Made by a program: the position numbers and the translations under genes. DNA of 54,651 bases from an uncultured Opitutaceae bacterium (GTDB lineage: Bacteria > Verrucomicrobiota > Verrucomicrobiia > Opitutales > Opitutaceae): the NCBI GenBank assembly GCA_963977295.1, contig CAXBOL010000001.1, positions 1 to 54,651 of the forward strand, in the 5' to 3' direction. Shown piece by piece: positions 1-8,479 of this stretch. Below the pieces are notes generated by a model, which worked only from the letters and a program-made list of their open reading frames with translations, was not told where the DNA came from and searched no databases. The stretch's first letter is position 1, and each line of letters starts with the position of its first letter.

Positions 1-2
1 CG

Positions 3-272
3 CCGGAGCTGGAGCTCTACGACGTCAACGCCGATCCCTTTGAGCATCACAACTTGGCGGGAGATCCCGCTCACGCCGAAACCGTGAAACGGATGCGCCA
101 ACGCCTCCACACTTTGCTCCAGGAACAACATGACTTTGTATTGGAGCAGCCGGCTTCAATCCTACTGAAACCCACGCTCCACCCTTTGGACCGATCATCC
201 GCTTGGAAGAAAGTCACCCCCGAACTCGAAGGCCAACTTTCCGACCGTGACTATCGTCCCAGCCACTACTGA
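3..272 (+). CDS. Sulfatase-family protein, C-terminal fragment (5' end outside window)
   Basis: Frame +3 from position 3 reads PELELYDVNADPFEHHNLAGDPAHAETVKRMRQRL, the typical ELYDxxxDPxExxNLA sulfatase C-terminal motif; stop at 272. Confidence 0.8.
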   Translation, partial: PELELYDVNADPFEHHNLAGDPAHAETVKRMRQRLHTLLQEQHDFVLEQPASILLKPTLHPLDRSSAWKKVTPELEGQLSDRDYRPSHY

Positions 273-291
273 AATCCTCAATTCTTTGCCC

Positions 292-1923
292 ATGTCCCTT
301 GTCCAACTTTTCTCATCCCGCCCCGTGGTCCCCAGCCTCAGTTCGTTCCGTCAGCTCCTCGGTCTGGCCGGACTTATCGCTCTGCTCGCCAGTCCATCCA
401 CGGCGGCGAAGCCTAAGAATGTCATGATGATCTTGGTCGATGATCTGCGACCTCAGTTGCAGGGATTCAACCAAGTGCCGACGCTCAACGGTCAGTCCAT
501 CATGCACACGCCCGCTCTGGATCAATTGGCGCGTGAAGGCACGATATTTGAACGTGCCTACTGTTCGGTCCCGATCTGTGGCGCTTCGCGCCTGAGCTTA
601 ATGACGGGCTCCCGTCCCTACAAGGAACCCGGCCAACACTGGGGCCGACACTGGACTTACACGTCGCGACTCGATCTCGAGGATGCGGGCACTCCCGCCG
701 GGGTGAATCACCCCGGTGTCACCCTCCCCCAACACTTCAAAAACCACGGCTACACGCTCCATTCCGTCGGCAAGGTCTACCACAACAAAGACGACGATGG
801 ATCGCTGTGGGACGATCTCAAAAAGGAGGAACACGCTTGGCGCGGTATTCCCGCCTACGAGATTGGCACCGGCGACAAGAACCGGGACGACGCTTATGAG
901 GACGGTCGCAACGCCACCGACGTGATTGCCAAACTCGACGCCCTCAAAGATTCCCCCTTCCTCTACTGCGTCGGTATCCCGCGCCCTCACCTGCCTTTCT
1001 GGGCGCCTAAGAAATATTGGGACCTCTACCCCGAGGAATCGATCCAACTCCCACCCAACTACGCTCGACCCATCAACGCGCCCAACCGCTCCATCCATCG
1101 CTGGGATGAGCTGCGCAATTACTCTGATCTGGCCTACGCCGACGAAGACAAAACTCGTCTGACCGACCACTACGCCCGCACACTCATCCGCGGGTATTAT
1201 GCCAGCGTCAGCTACGTCGACGCTCAAATCGAACGAATCATCGAAAAGCTCAAGACCACCTACGACTCAGCAGGCGTTTCGCTCTACGACCAGACCACCA
1301 TCGTGGTGTGGGGTGATCACGGTTGGAACCTCGGCGAACACACCTTGTGGGCCAAACATGCCCTCTACAACACCTCGACCCAGATCCCCATTATCATTCG
1401 GGATCCCGACCTCGCCGGAGGCCAACGCGTCTCCGCTCTGATCGAGACGGTCGACCTCTATCCGACCCTTTGCGACCTCACCGGCATCGGGCGACCGGCG
1501 GCAACGGTGGATAACGACGAATCCCCCTTCAATCTTCACGGGTCTTCGTTGGTTCCCTTGCTCAAAGATTCCTCCGCACCGTGGAAAACCGCCGCCTTCA
1601 CCCGCTACATTCTGGGCGACTCCGTTCGCACCACGCGTTACGCCTACACGGAGTTTGTGAATGCCAAGGATCAAGTGCTGCAGACCATGCTCTACGACCT
1701 GCAATTCGATCCCGACGAAAACTACAATATCGTCGACGCCAATCCGGTCCTGCAAGAACGCCTCAGCTCCTTGCTGGGACGGGGTCCGGTGGGCAAACGC
1801 AACGCCTGGCGCGCACTTGTCGACGAGACTCGTCAAAACGCTCCTACCGCCGCGCCTTTAGACCTTCCCGAAGCCATCCACCCCGCCGATTACTTGGAAA
1901 AGCTCAAGACCTTCCGGCCCTGA
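292..1923 (+). CDS. Sulfatase (iduronate-2-sulfatase-like S1 family), secreted
   Basis: Signal peptide, NVMMILVDDLRP, formylglycine motif CGASR-LSLMTG, GKVYH, RPHLPF, WGDHGW, MLYDLQFDPDENYN; ATG at 292 preferred to GTG at 247. Confidence 0.92.
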   Translation: MSLVQLFSSRPVVPSLSSFRQLLGLAGLIALLASPSTAAKPKNVMMILVDDLRPQLQGFNQVPTLNGQSIMHTPALDQLAREGTIFERAYCSVPICGASRLSLMTGSRPYKEPGQHWGRHWTYTSRLDLEDAGTPAGVNHPGVTLPQHFKNHGYTLHSVGKVYHNKDDDGSLWDDLKKEEHAWRGIPAYEIGTGDKNRDDAYEDGRNATDVIAKLDALKDSPFLYCVGIPRPHLPFWAPKKYWDLYPEESIQLPPNYARPINAPNRSIHRWDELRNYSDLAYADEDKTRLTDHYARTLIRGYYASVSYVDAQIERIIEKLKTTYDSAGVSLYDQTTIVVWGDHGWNLGEHTLWAKHALYNTSTQIPIIIRDPDLAGGQRVSALIETVDLYPTLCDLTGIGRPAATVDNDESPFNLHGSSLVPLLKDSSAPWKTAAFTRYILGDSVRTTRYAYTEFVNAKDQVLQTMLYDLQFDPDENYNIVDANPVLQERLSSLLGRGPVGKRNAWRALVDETRQNAPTAAPLDLPEAIHPADYLEKLKTFRP

Positions 1924-2128
1924 AAGGGGTAACGGGGCGCAACGCACCAAAACAGCCAGTAGGTTCCTGATCTATGCCCGACCGCCGGCAGGAACGGCGG
2001 CATTCCCGCTACCGACTGGAAGGTTCAGACAGAAAAGGTTCCGCGAAGTTTGCGAGATGCGGATAGCCCTATGCCAGCACCCACGAAATCTCCGTTGCGC
2101 TACTGGTGCCTTTGGGTGGCCCCCCCGC

Positions 2129-3094
2129 TCACTTTCGCACGGCGGCGAGCATATCGGGTTGGCGCGCTAAGACCGCGAGCCATGCTCCGATTCGTCGGCC
2201 ATTCTCACTCTGGCGGACTTCCGGCGGCAGCGCCCACCACGCCAGCACCGCCTCGCCTAGTCGCGCCGGGCTGGCGGTGGCCGCCGCGAGAATTCGACCA
2301 AGATCGTTGGACCGATGCAAATCCGTCGAGTGGGCCTTCCCCACGGTCACAAACTCATCACGCAAGAGAGCGACATCCTCCACGCGGAGTTCCAAAGCAT
2401 AGACCGCATCCTGACGTAGTGAAGGAGTGGTGACACGGACATCACCGGTCATCGTGCGCCATAGCTCCTGGTCTCCTTGTCTTAAAATCACTGTGACCTG
2501 TTCCGCCTCACCACTCGCTCGCGACCACTCGATTGGCACAGGGCCTGCCTCCGCCGCCACCAAGGGACTTCGCAAGGTCAGGAGGCCCGCCGTGCTTCGC
2601 TGCACCGGAATGGATGCGTCCCGCAAAACCACTTCCAGCGGGGCTGCCAACGCGAGCTGCAGCGAGGCGGGACCGCTTTCCCTCCACGCCATCAAATCAG
2701 TCTCAGCCTTGGCCCGACCCGACGTTCCCCAAGCCCACCATCCGATAACCAAAGCGGCCGCCATGCCCCCAATCCAGGCCCAGCGGAATCCGGCCGAGGT
2801 CGATTTTCCCGCTGATTCTTTTTCGACCGAGATCACCTTCCTCAAGGCCTCAAGTCGTTCCACCGGAATCACATTTCCCTCACTTTCGGCGCCCGTGGTC
2901 GAGCGCGGCGATTGGGTGGCAGCCTCCGCCGGCAAGATTTCCGCCGCCCGGCCATAGGCGGCCGCCAACTGCATCCACTGTTCCCGCCAGTCCGGGTGTT
3001 GGTGCAACACCGCGTCGAGTTCCGCCCACAACACGGCATCGCTGGGGTTTTCCAGCGCGCGAAAGGCGAGATCTTGAAACGCTTCGGGTGTCAT
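2129..3094 (-). CDS. Putative anti-sigma factor (N-terminal helical domain, single TM, extracytoplasmic domain)
   Basis: Directly downstream of the ECF sigma; N-terminal WAELDAVLHQHPDWREQW resembles an anti-sigma helix without zinc Cys; one TM (WAWIGGMAAALVIGWWAWG); about 200 aa C-terminal domain. Confidence 0.65.
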   Translation of the reverse strand: MTPEAFQDLAFRALENPSDAVLWAELDAVLHQHPDWREQWMQLAAAYGRAAEILPAEAATQSPRSTTGAESEGNVIPVERLEALRKVISVEKESAGKSTSAGFRWAWIGGMAAALVIGWWAWGTSGRAKAETDLMAWRESGPASLQLALAAPLEVVLRDASIPVQRSTAGLLTLRSPLVAAEAGPVPIEWSRASGEAEQVTVILRQGDQELWRTMTGDVRVTTPSLRQDAVYALELRVEDVALLRDEFVTVGKAHSTDLHRSNDLGRILAAATASPARLGEAVLAWWALPPEVRQSENGRRIGAWLAVLARQPDMLAAVRK

Positions 3095-3115
3095 GAACGG
3101 AATCGATTAAACATT

Positions 3116-3142
3116 ATCGTGAAAAAAGGCCGAAGTGTTTCA
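3116..3142 (-). promoter_or_regulatory. Putative ECF sigma promoter for the anti-sigma gene (TGAAACACT-N14-CGAT)
   Basis: AAC-N17-CG architecture typical of ECF promoters; -35 element overlaps the sigma TGA stop; near-identical copy at 6439-6465. Confidence 0.6.
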
Positions 3143-3700
3143 AGTGTCGCGCATCGTCCATCGGCGACGCAGGGTTTGCAAAGTGCGAGAAAGGTGACTG
3201 CGGACCGTCGCCGGATTGAGGCCCAGACGCGCTCCGATCTCTTGCGAATTAAGGCCCTCTACAAAATGCGCCTCGAGCAACTCACGTTCTAATTCACTCA
3301 GTTCCGCTAAGACCAAGGCGGAGTCCAGCGCCGTTGCGACGACTTCCGCCGGTTCCGGCAGCGTCGACGCAAGATGCTCCCCGAGCGGTTCGATCGCGAG
3401 AGCGTGGCGCTTGCCCGTGAAACGTTGTCGCAACACCGATAACGCCCGTCGGCGCGCGATCACCGTCACCATGGCCGCGCATTCGGGCCACGATCCGGGC
3501 AGCACCGCCAAACGGGCAAAATCAGCCAAAGCCGCCGAGGCCACGTCGTCTGCATCTGTCGCCGGTGCCGGCAGGGTGCGCCGCGCTGAAAACACCGCAA
3601 TCGGCCACAGTCGACCAAAGGCTTCATCCCACGCCGAGGCTTCGTGCGCCCGGAGTCGGGCAACGAAAACCTCAGGAAATGGAGCGTTCGAATTATCCAC
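3140..3700 (-). CDS. ECF-family RNA polymerase sigma-70 factor
   Basis: Sigma2 (AWDEAFGRLWP..DADDVAS..VIARRRALSVLR) and sigma4.2 (LSELERELLEAHFVEGLNSQEIGARLGLNPATVRSHLSR); GTG at 3700 lies 2 nt after the CHAT stop (alternative TTG at 3715). Confidence 0.92.
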   Translation of the reverse strand: MDNSNAPFPEVFVARLRAHEASAWDEAFGRLWPIAVFSARRTLPAPATDADDVASAALADFARLAVLPGSWPECAAMVTVIARRRALSVLRQRFTGKRHALAIEPLGEHLASTLPEPAEVVATALDSALVLAELSELERELLEAHFVEGLNSQEIGARLGLNPATVRSHLSRTLQTLRRRWTMRDT

Positions 3701-3702
3701 CT

Positions 3703-6372
3703 TCAACGCTGCCAACTCACGGTGTAAGCTCCGAATTCACGCAAGGCCGTCACCGGATCCATCCCATCGATTTGGGCCCGGGCGAGCGCCGCTCGTTGCG
3801 CTGAAACCAACGCGGCCCGGGGGACTCCACCCGCAACCAGCACCTGATAAAAGCCTTCAATAATTTGGCGCCCGGCGTGATCATCCACGGGCCACAACGT
3901 CATCACCAGCGCCCGGGCTCCCGCTCGCGCAAATCCACGCCTCAAACCAAAAACACCTTCGCCATTCACGTTTTCCCCTCCCCCGGAATCACACGCGCTC
4001 AGAAACACCAACTCCGTGTGCCGTAGATCCAGCGCAGCAATCGCCGCCGCCGACAAAAATCCATCCTCTCCGGCTAAAACGAGACCGGTGTCACGCAACT
4101 GTGCCGCCGGGTCGAGGTCTCCTTTCGCCGGCAGCACGGCATGACAGGCCAGGTGCATTCGACGAGGCGACGGCACGGCACCGACGGCCTGGGGCGTGGC
4201 GGCGGGTCCGACATGTAGGTCGGCACGAGTCAGCAACGCCGCCACCGCCCTGCCTTCGGCCTCAGCTCCCGGCAGCTCAGGCAAATCGGCCCGCACAGTC
4301 ACGATGGGCGCGGCCAAGACCCGATTGCCGCCTTCCGCCCGAGACGAGTCGTCCGCGTGAGTTTCTGGACGTAATAAATCACGCCCGCTCGTCACAAACG
4401 AGCACGCGAGTGACTGCACCACGAAGCCACCGTCCTCCTCAGGCAGGCTGGCAAAGGCCAATTGGTTGAGCGGACCATCCGGCGCGATGACGAGTTCCTC
4501 AATCCCTGCGGGCAACACATCCCGCACCGGATCCAACACTCGCCGGCGCACCTCGTGGGCCCAATCAATCGGACCACCCCGGCGCACCAAAATTCGATAG
4601 CGCGCCAACGCCGCATCGAGTTCGGTCGCCGCACCGAGAGGGACGATTTGCCAGCCCCGGATGGCGGAGCCGACGAGCGCCAGATACGACTCCGGCAGCG
4701 ATGTCCCTCGCGTGGGTCCGGGGCCCGGCGTGAGATCCCGGTAGCGCACGTATTCGACCAATGCGGCACCGGGCGGCAGAGACGCCAACACCTTCGCCGG
4801 ATCGGTCAACAACGCTTCACGGTGCCCGGCAGCCGTCAGCGCCCTCCGCGCCAGTTCACGTTCAAGTTGATCGCGACGAGATCCGAGTAACCGATCGGCC
4901 GAATCCGCATCGGCATCGGCCAGCGCAGCCTGGTAGTCCTGCAAAAGCTGTCGGGTTTCAGGATCGACCGACGCAAGCGCCAGACGTTGGTCTTCCAGAA
5001 TCGAGTCCAGCACCACGCCTTTGAATCGCAACACCGCCCGCGCCAGAAGGGCGGGGTCGCCCACGGTTGCCGCCAAGTCGAGCGGACGCTCTCGGGCGAA
5101 GAAGGCCAACCGATCCGCCTCGCTCGTGAAGTTAAGACGCGCCCGAAAACGCTCCTCGGTCTGATCCAGCCAGCGGCTCAGATTGGAGCGCATGGCAACC
5201 CCATCTCCCGTCGCGCGTTGCGCCAACACCAAACTCCCGCGCATACGTTCCCGGGCGGCGTCCTCCTGATGAAGGGTCTTCAACGTGTCCGGGGCATCGA
5301 GCAAGTCGACCCCCCGCTGAAGATCACGCTCGGCCGCAGCATAGTCCCGGCGTTTAAGATTCATTTCCCCGAGTCGACCCAAGTAATCGGCCGGACTGAA
5401 TTTTCCCGGCGAATCCCGTGATTCCGCAAAGGCCAGGTCCGTTAGGAAAATAAGTTCCGCGTCCTCGTAGCGGCCGAGGTCCAAGTAAACGTAAGCGAGA
5501 TTATAACGGGCCACCAACGTCGACTCAGCGGTCGGACCCAAGGCTTCGGTGCGGGCGGCCACGAGCTCCGCCATGATCCCCGCACACTCTTCGTGGCGAC
5601 CCGCCCGATTGAGGAGATAGGCCAGATTATTGAGCTGGGTTTGGTATTGAGAAAACGGCAACACCGACGACTGCTCATGCCGCGCCAGCAGATCTCGAAT
5701 CTGGGCTTCGGCATCTTCGAAACGACCGAGCCGAATCAGAAAGACCGCGCGTTGTCCGTAGGCATCGAGGGCTGGGAGCGAGTCCGGATCGTTCGCCCGG
5801 AAGCGCCTCACGATATCGGCCGATTCTACATCCGCATCGGCGGGGCGCCCGGTGCGACTATACAAGACCGCTCGGGCCATTCGCGCCGTCAGAGTCTGCC
5901 GCGCATCCTCCCCGTGCGCAGCCGTGAGTGTCATCACCGCCGCATCAAATCGCGTGCCGGCCAGCTCGGGTTGACCCAACGCCATGGCGGCTTGAGCGAG
6001 CACGTGCTGCACGCGACCGACAAAGGCGGGGTCGAGCGGCGTCACCGCCTCGGCCCGGGTCAGCACGCTGCCGAGTCGCTGTTCGACTTCGGCGGCGTCG
6101 CCGGGGCGGCCAAGATAATTGATGAGCACTTCGGCGAGATCCACTTCGAGGTGATCGGAGACCGCATCAGGCGGCATCTCTCCCCGCTCAGCCAACGCGG
6201 CCCGTAAGCGACTTTCCGCGGCGAGCGGGGTCTCCGCCAAAGCCTCGGCCGCTCGGGTGGTTGCACTCAGCAGCAGGACCCAGCAGCCCACAAAAACGAT
6301 CCAGCTGCAGCTGTATTTACCCAGTCGGGCAAGGCGCGAAACGGGGCGATGGAGACGTCTGGATGAAGTCAT
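3703..6372 (-). CDS. TPR-repeat / CHAT-domain caspase-like protease with N-terminal signal peptide
   Basis: TPR units (LNNLAYLL, YNLAYVYLDLGRYEDAE); CHAT motifs LVIAPDGPLNQLAFASL, LPGAEAEG, MHLACHA (His), VFLSACDSG (Cys), GEGVFGLRRGFARAGA, TLWPVDD; hydrophobic N-terminus WIVFVGCWVLLLSATTRA; start uncertain (ATG 6372 or GTG 6402). Confidence 0.92.
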   Translation of the reverse strand: MTSSRRLHRPVSRLARLGKYSCSWIVFVGCWVLLLSATTRAAEALAETPLAAESRLRAALAERGEMPPDAVSDHLEVDLAEVLINYLGRPGDAAEVEQRLGSVLTRAEAVTPLDPAFVGRVQHVLAQAAMALGQPELAGTRFDAAVMTLTAAHGEDARQTLTARMARAVLYSRTGRPADADVESADIVRRFRANDPDSLPALDAYGQRAVFLIRLGRFEDAEAQIRDLLARHEQSSVLPFSQYQTQLNNLAYLLNRAGRHEECAGIMAELVAARTEALGPTAESTLVARYNLAYVYLDLGRYEDAELIFLTDLAFAESRDSPGKFSPADYLGRLGEMNLKRRDYAAAERDLQRGVDLLDAPDTLKTLHQEDAARERMRGSLVLAQRATGDGVAMRSNLSRWLDQTEERFRARLNFTSEADRLAFFARERPLDLAATVGDPALLARAVLRFKGVVLDSILEDQRLALASVDPETRQLLQDYQAALADADADSADRLLGSRRDQLERELARRALTAAGHREALLTDPAKVLASLPPGAALVEYVRYRDLTPGPGPTRGTSLPESYLALVGSAIRGWQIVPLGAATELDAALARYRILVRRGGPIDWAHEVRRRVLDPVRDVLPAGIEELVIAPDGPLNQLAFASLPEEDGGFVVQSLACSFVTSGRDLLRPETHADDSSRAEGGNRVLAAPIVTVRADLPELPGAEAEGRAVAALLTRADLHVGPAATPQAVGAVPSPRRMHLACHAVLPAKGDLDPAAQLRDTGLVLAGEDGFLSAAAIAALDLRHTELVFLSACDSGGGENVNGEGVFGLRRGFARAGARALVMTLWPVDDHAGRQIIEGFYQVLVAGGVPRAALVSAQRAALARAQIDGMDPVTALREFGAYTVSWQR

Positions 6373-6438
6373 GGGCACGGGCGGAATAACGACAATTTCC
6401 ACGACTGCGTGACCAAACGCCTACCCGCCAACTTTTTT

Positions 6439-6465
6439 TGCAACACTGCTGCAAAAAACCGCGAT
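6439..6465 (+). promoter_or_regulatory. Putative ECF sigma promoter for the PEP-CTERM pair (TGCAACACT-N14-CGAT)
   Basis: Same motif and spacing as 3142-3116; ends 53 nt upstream of ATG 6519. Confidence 0.6.
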
Positions 6466-6518
6466 TGGACCAAGTGACGGCGCTCCCAGCCACTATTCAA
6501 CTTCCTCTCCGCACCTCC

Positions 6519-7319
6519 ATGAAACGTTTCCTCCTCCTCCTCCTTCCTGTCGCCCTACACGCCGGAGTCACCTATTCTGACAACAGCGGCGCGGCCGCCA
6601 TCAACGAGCCCGGCGACTACACGCTGAGTTACAACAGCGGTGCGGTCGTCTCCGGCACCCTCAATGGCGCCAACGGCACCCGCACAACCCGCACCTTTGG
6701 CGCCAACATCAACGACGGGATCGTTTCCCTTTCCATGGCCATGCTCGCCGAACGCGATTCCGGGGGCGGAAACCCGATCGCAAACGGCAACCAATCGTTC
6801 AGCTTCAGCGACACGCTCTTTGTGCAATCGAGCGGTTCAGTCACGATGACCCTCACGCCGTTCGTCAGCATCAGCCCTTCCGGCGGCGCGAACACCGGTT
6901 GGACCAGCGCAGTCATCTTCGGCCTCAACTCGGATGCCACCACATTCGTCGCTAGCCAAAGCACCGAAGATCTGCGCACGAACACCACCACGACGTTTTC
7001 AGCCAGCCCGATCACCCTGACCTTCAATCCGTCCGGCGAAACCAACCAAACCGGCACCTTTAACCTCACCTATTCACACCTCTTCAGTCAAAACGCGTGG
7101 GCGCAGGTCAAAGGGCCCGACACCAGCAACGCCTTCAATCTCGATCTGCAATTCTACCTGCGCATCACCGATATCACGCCCGGGGCACTCGTGAGTAGCG
7201 CGAGCGGCACCGACTACACGATGTCCGCCGTGCCGGAGCCCGCCTCGCTTGCCGCGCTGGCCGGACTCATGGGGCTCACTCTCGCAGCCACCCGTCGCCG
7301 TCGCCGCCTCGAAGCCTGA
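6519..7319 (+). CDS. PEP-CTERM sorting-domain surface protein 1
   Basis: Signal peptide MKRFLLLLLPVALHA, S/T/N/G-rich body, C-terminal VPEPASLAALAGLMGLTLAATRRRRR. Confidence 0.93.
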   Translation: MKRFLLLLLPVALHAGVTYSDNSGAAAINEPGDYTLSYNSGAVVSGTLNGANGTRTTRTFGANINDGIVSLSMAMLAERDSGGGNPIANGNQSFSFSDTLFVQSSGSVTMTLTPFVSISPSGGANTGWTSAVIFGLNSDATTFVASQSTEDLRTNTTTTFSASPITLTFNPSGETNQTGTFNLTYSHLFSQNAWAQVKGPDTSNAFNLDLQFYLRITDITPGALVSSASGTDYTMSAVPEPASLAALAGLMGLTLAATRRRRRLEA

Positions 7320-7325
7320 TTTTCC

Positions 7326-8153
7326 ATGAAATCTTCATTCCGCGCCTCGTTCGCCCTGTTCTTCCTCGTCTGCACGTTCGCGACATCATCCCACGCCGTG
7401 GTCACGGTAGGTTTGCTGGAAAACGGCGTGCCGAACAATCAGCGCCCTGGTCCGGCCACGACCCCCGACTACACCCTCACCTTCAACAGCGGACTCTACA
7501 CCTACGGCAACAATCACTACGCCTACAGCGGCAGCGCCAGCGGCGGGGCCTTCACCGTCTCATCCTATCTCGATGTCACCTCCAGCAACGGCGGCGACAC
7601 CCAGTATTCGCGATTTGACTACGACGAACTGTTCACCGTCACGGGCGCCGGCACCGTGACGCTCACCTTCCAACCGGTCGTGATCTACCACGGCGCCTTG
7701 GATCAACCGCCGGCCGTGCCCGGACAAAACACCACCAACGCCAACTGGTCCGTCGCCGCCGCGCTGCAAGTGTGGAACGTCCACACTGCGACCAATTTCG
7801 ACAGCAACCTGACCTTCGCCGCCAATTCCACGTCGGGCGTCGTCGATTCCATCAGCGCAGAGGAGAGCATATTGACCGTCAATTTCACCCCCAACGGCGG
7901 ATCGCAAACCGGCCGCATTGTCATCGATCTGAGTGCCGACGCCTACGTCTACGCGTTCAACCTCGTGACCGGGGAAGCCTCGTCGAATATCAGCCTCGGC
8001 CTGCAGCTCATCGAGGTAAACGGCACGGATGCGGTCGTGACCTTTGCCAGCGGCCACGACTACACGACCGTGTCCGCCGTGCCCGAGCCGACCTCGTTCG
8101 CCGCCTTCGCCGGACTCCTGGGATTGGCCTTCGCCGGCTCCCGACGACGGTAA
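7326..8153 (+). CDS. PEP-CTERM sorting-domain surface protein 2
   Basis: Signal peptide ending SSHA, C-terminal VPEPTSFAAFAGLLGLAFAGSRRR; 6 nt after the previous stop. Confidence 0.93.
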   Translation: MKSSFRASFALFFLVCTFATSSHAVVTVGLLENGVPNNQRPGPATTPDYTLTFNSGLYTYGNNHYAYSGSASGGAFTVSSYLDVTSSNGGDTQYSRFDYDELFTVTGAGTVTLTFQPVVIYHGALDQPPAVPGQNTTNANWSVAAALQVWNVHTATNFDSNLTFAANSTSGVVDSISAEESILTVNFTPNGGSQTGRIVIDLSADAYVYAFNLVTGEASSNISLGLQLIEVNGTDAVVTFASGHDYTTVSAVPEPTSFAAFAGLLGLAFAGSRRR

Positions 8154-8230
8154 CGGTAAAATCCCGAGGCTCAGCTACCGCGCTCCTTCCGGTCATCCTT
8201 ATTTCGGACGCAACACAATCAGCTCCCCCG

Positions 8231-8288
8231 GTCGGAGCCGCGCTTGCACGCGATTTCGTCTGCTTCGCCGGCGTCCGCGCAAGCACGG
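8231..8288. repeat. Degenerate REP-like inverted pair
   Basis: GTCGGAGCCGCGCTTGCACGCG followed by the imperfect inverse CGCGCAAGCACGG, between convergent genes. Confidence 0.4.
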
Positions 8289-8479
8289 TGTCGCAACTCC
8301 TCATCGGGTGTTGGATTGTCTTCGTCCTCGGCATTCCCTACTGACTCCGGTCTGGCCGTCGAACGTTCGGGAGGAGCCGGATTGGGCAAACCCGGAACGG
8401 AAAAAGGAGGATGGCGTGACGGACCGGGATGGCAGACAAGTTGCCAACCTAGGTTCGACCGCAAGGTGGAGCGACGCGT

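Noticed and set aside
1955-2020. REP-like or terminator structure after the sulfatase
   Set aside because: Only short stems (CCGCCG/CGGCGG, CCAGT/ACTGG) with no U-tract; too degenerate to call
3703-6372. CHAT + sigma as a type III-E CRISPR (Craspase) accessory locus
   Set aside because: No Cas7-11, cas1 or repeat-spacer array in the window; the CHAT has a signal peptide and its partner is a membrane protein, so only the logic is analogous
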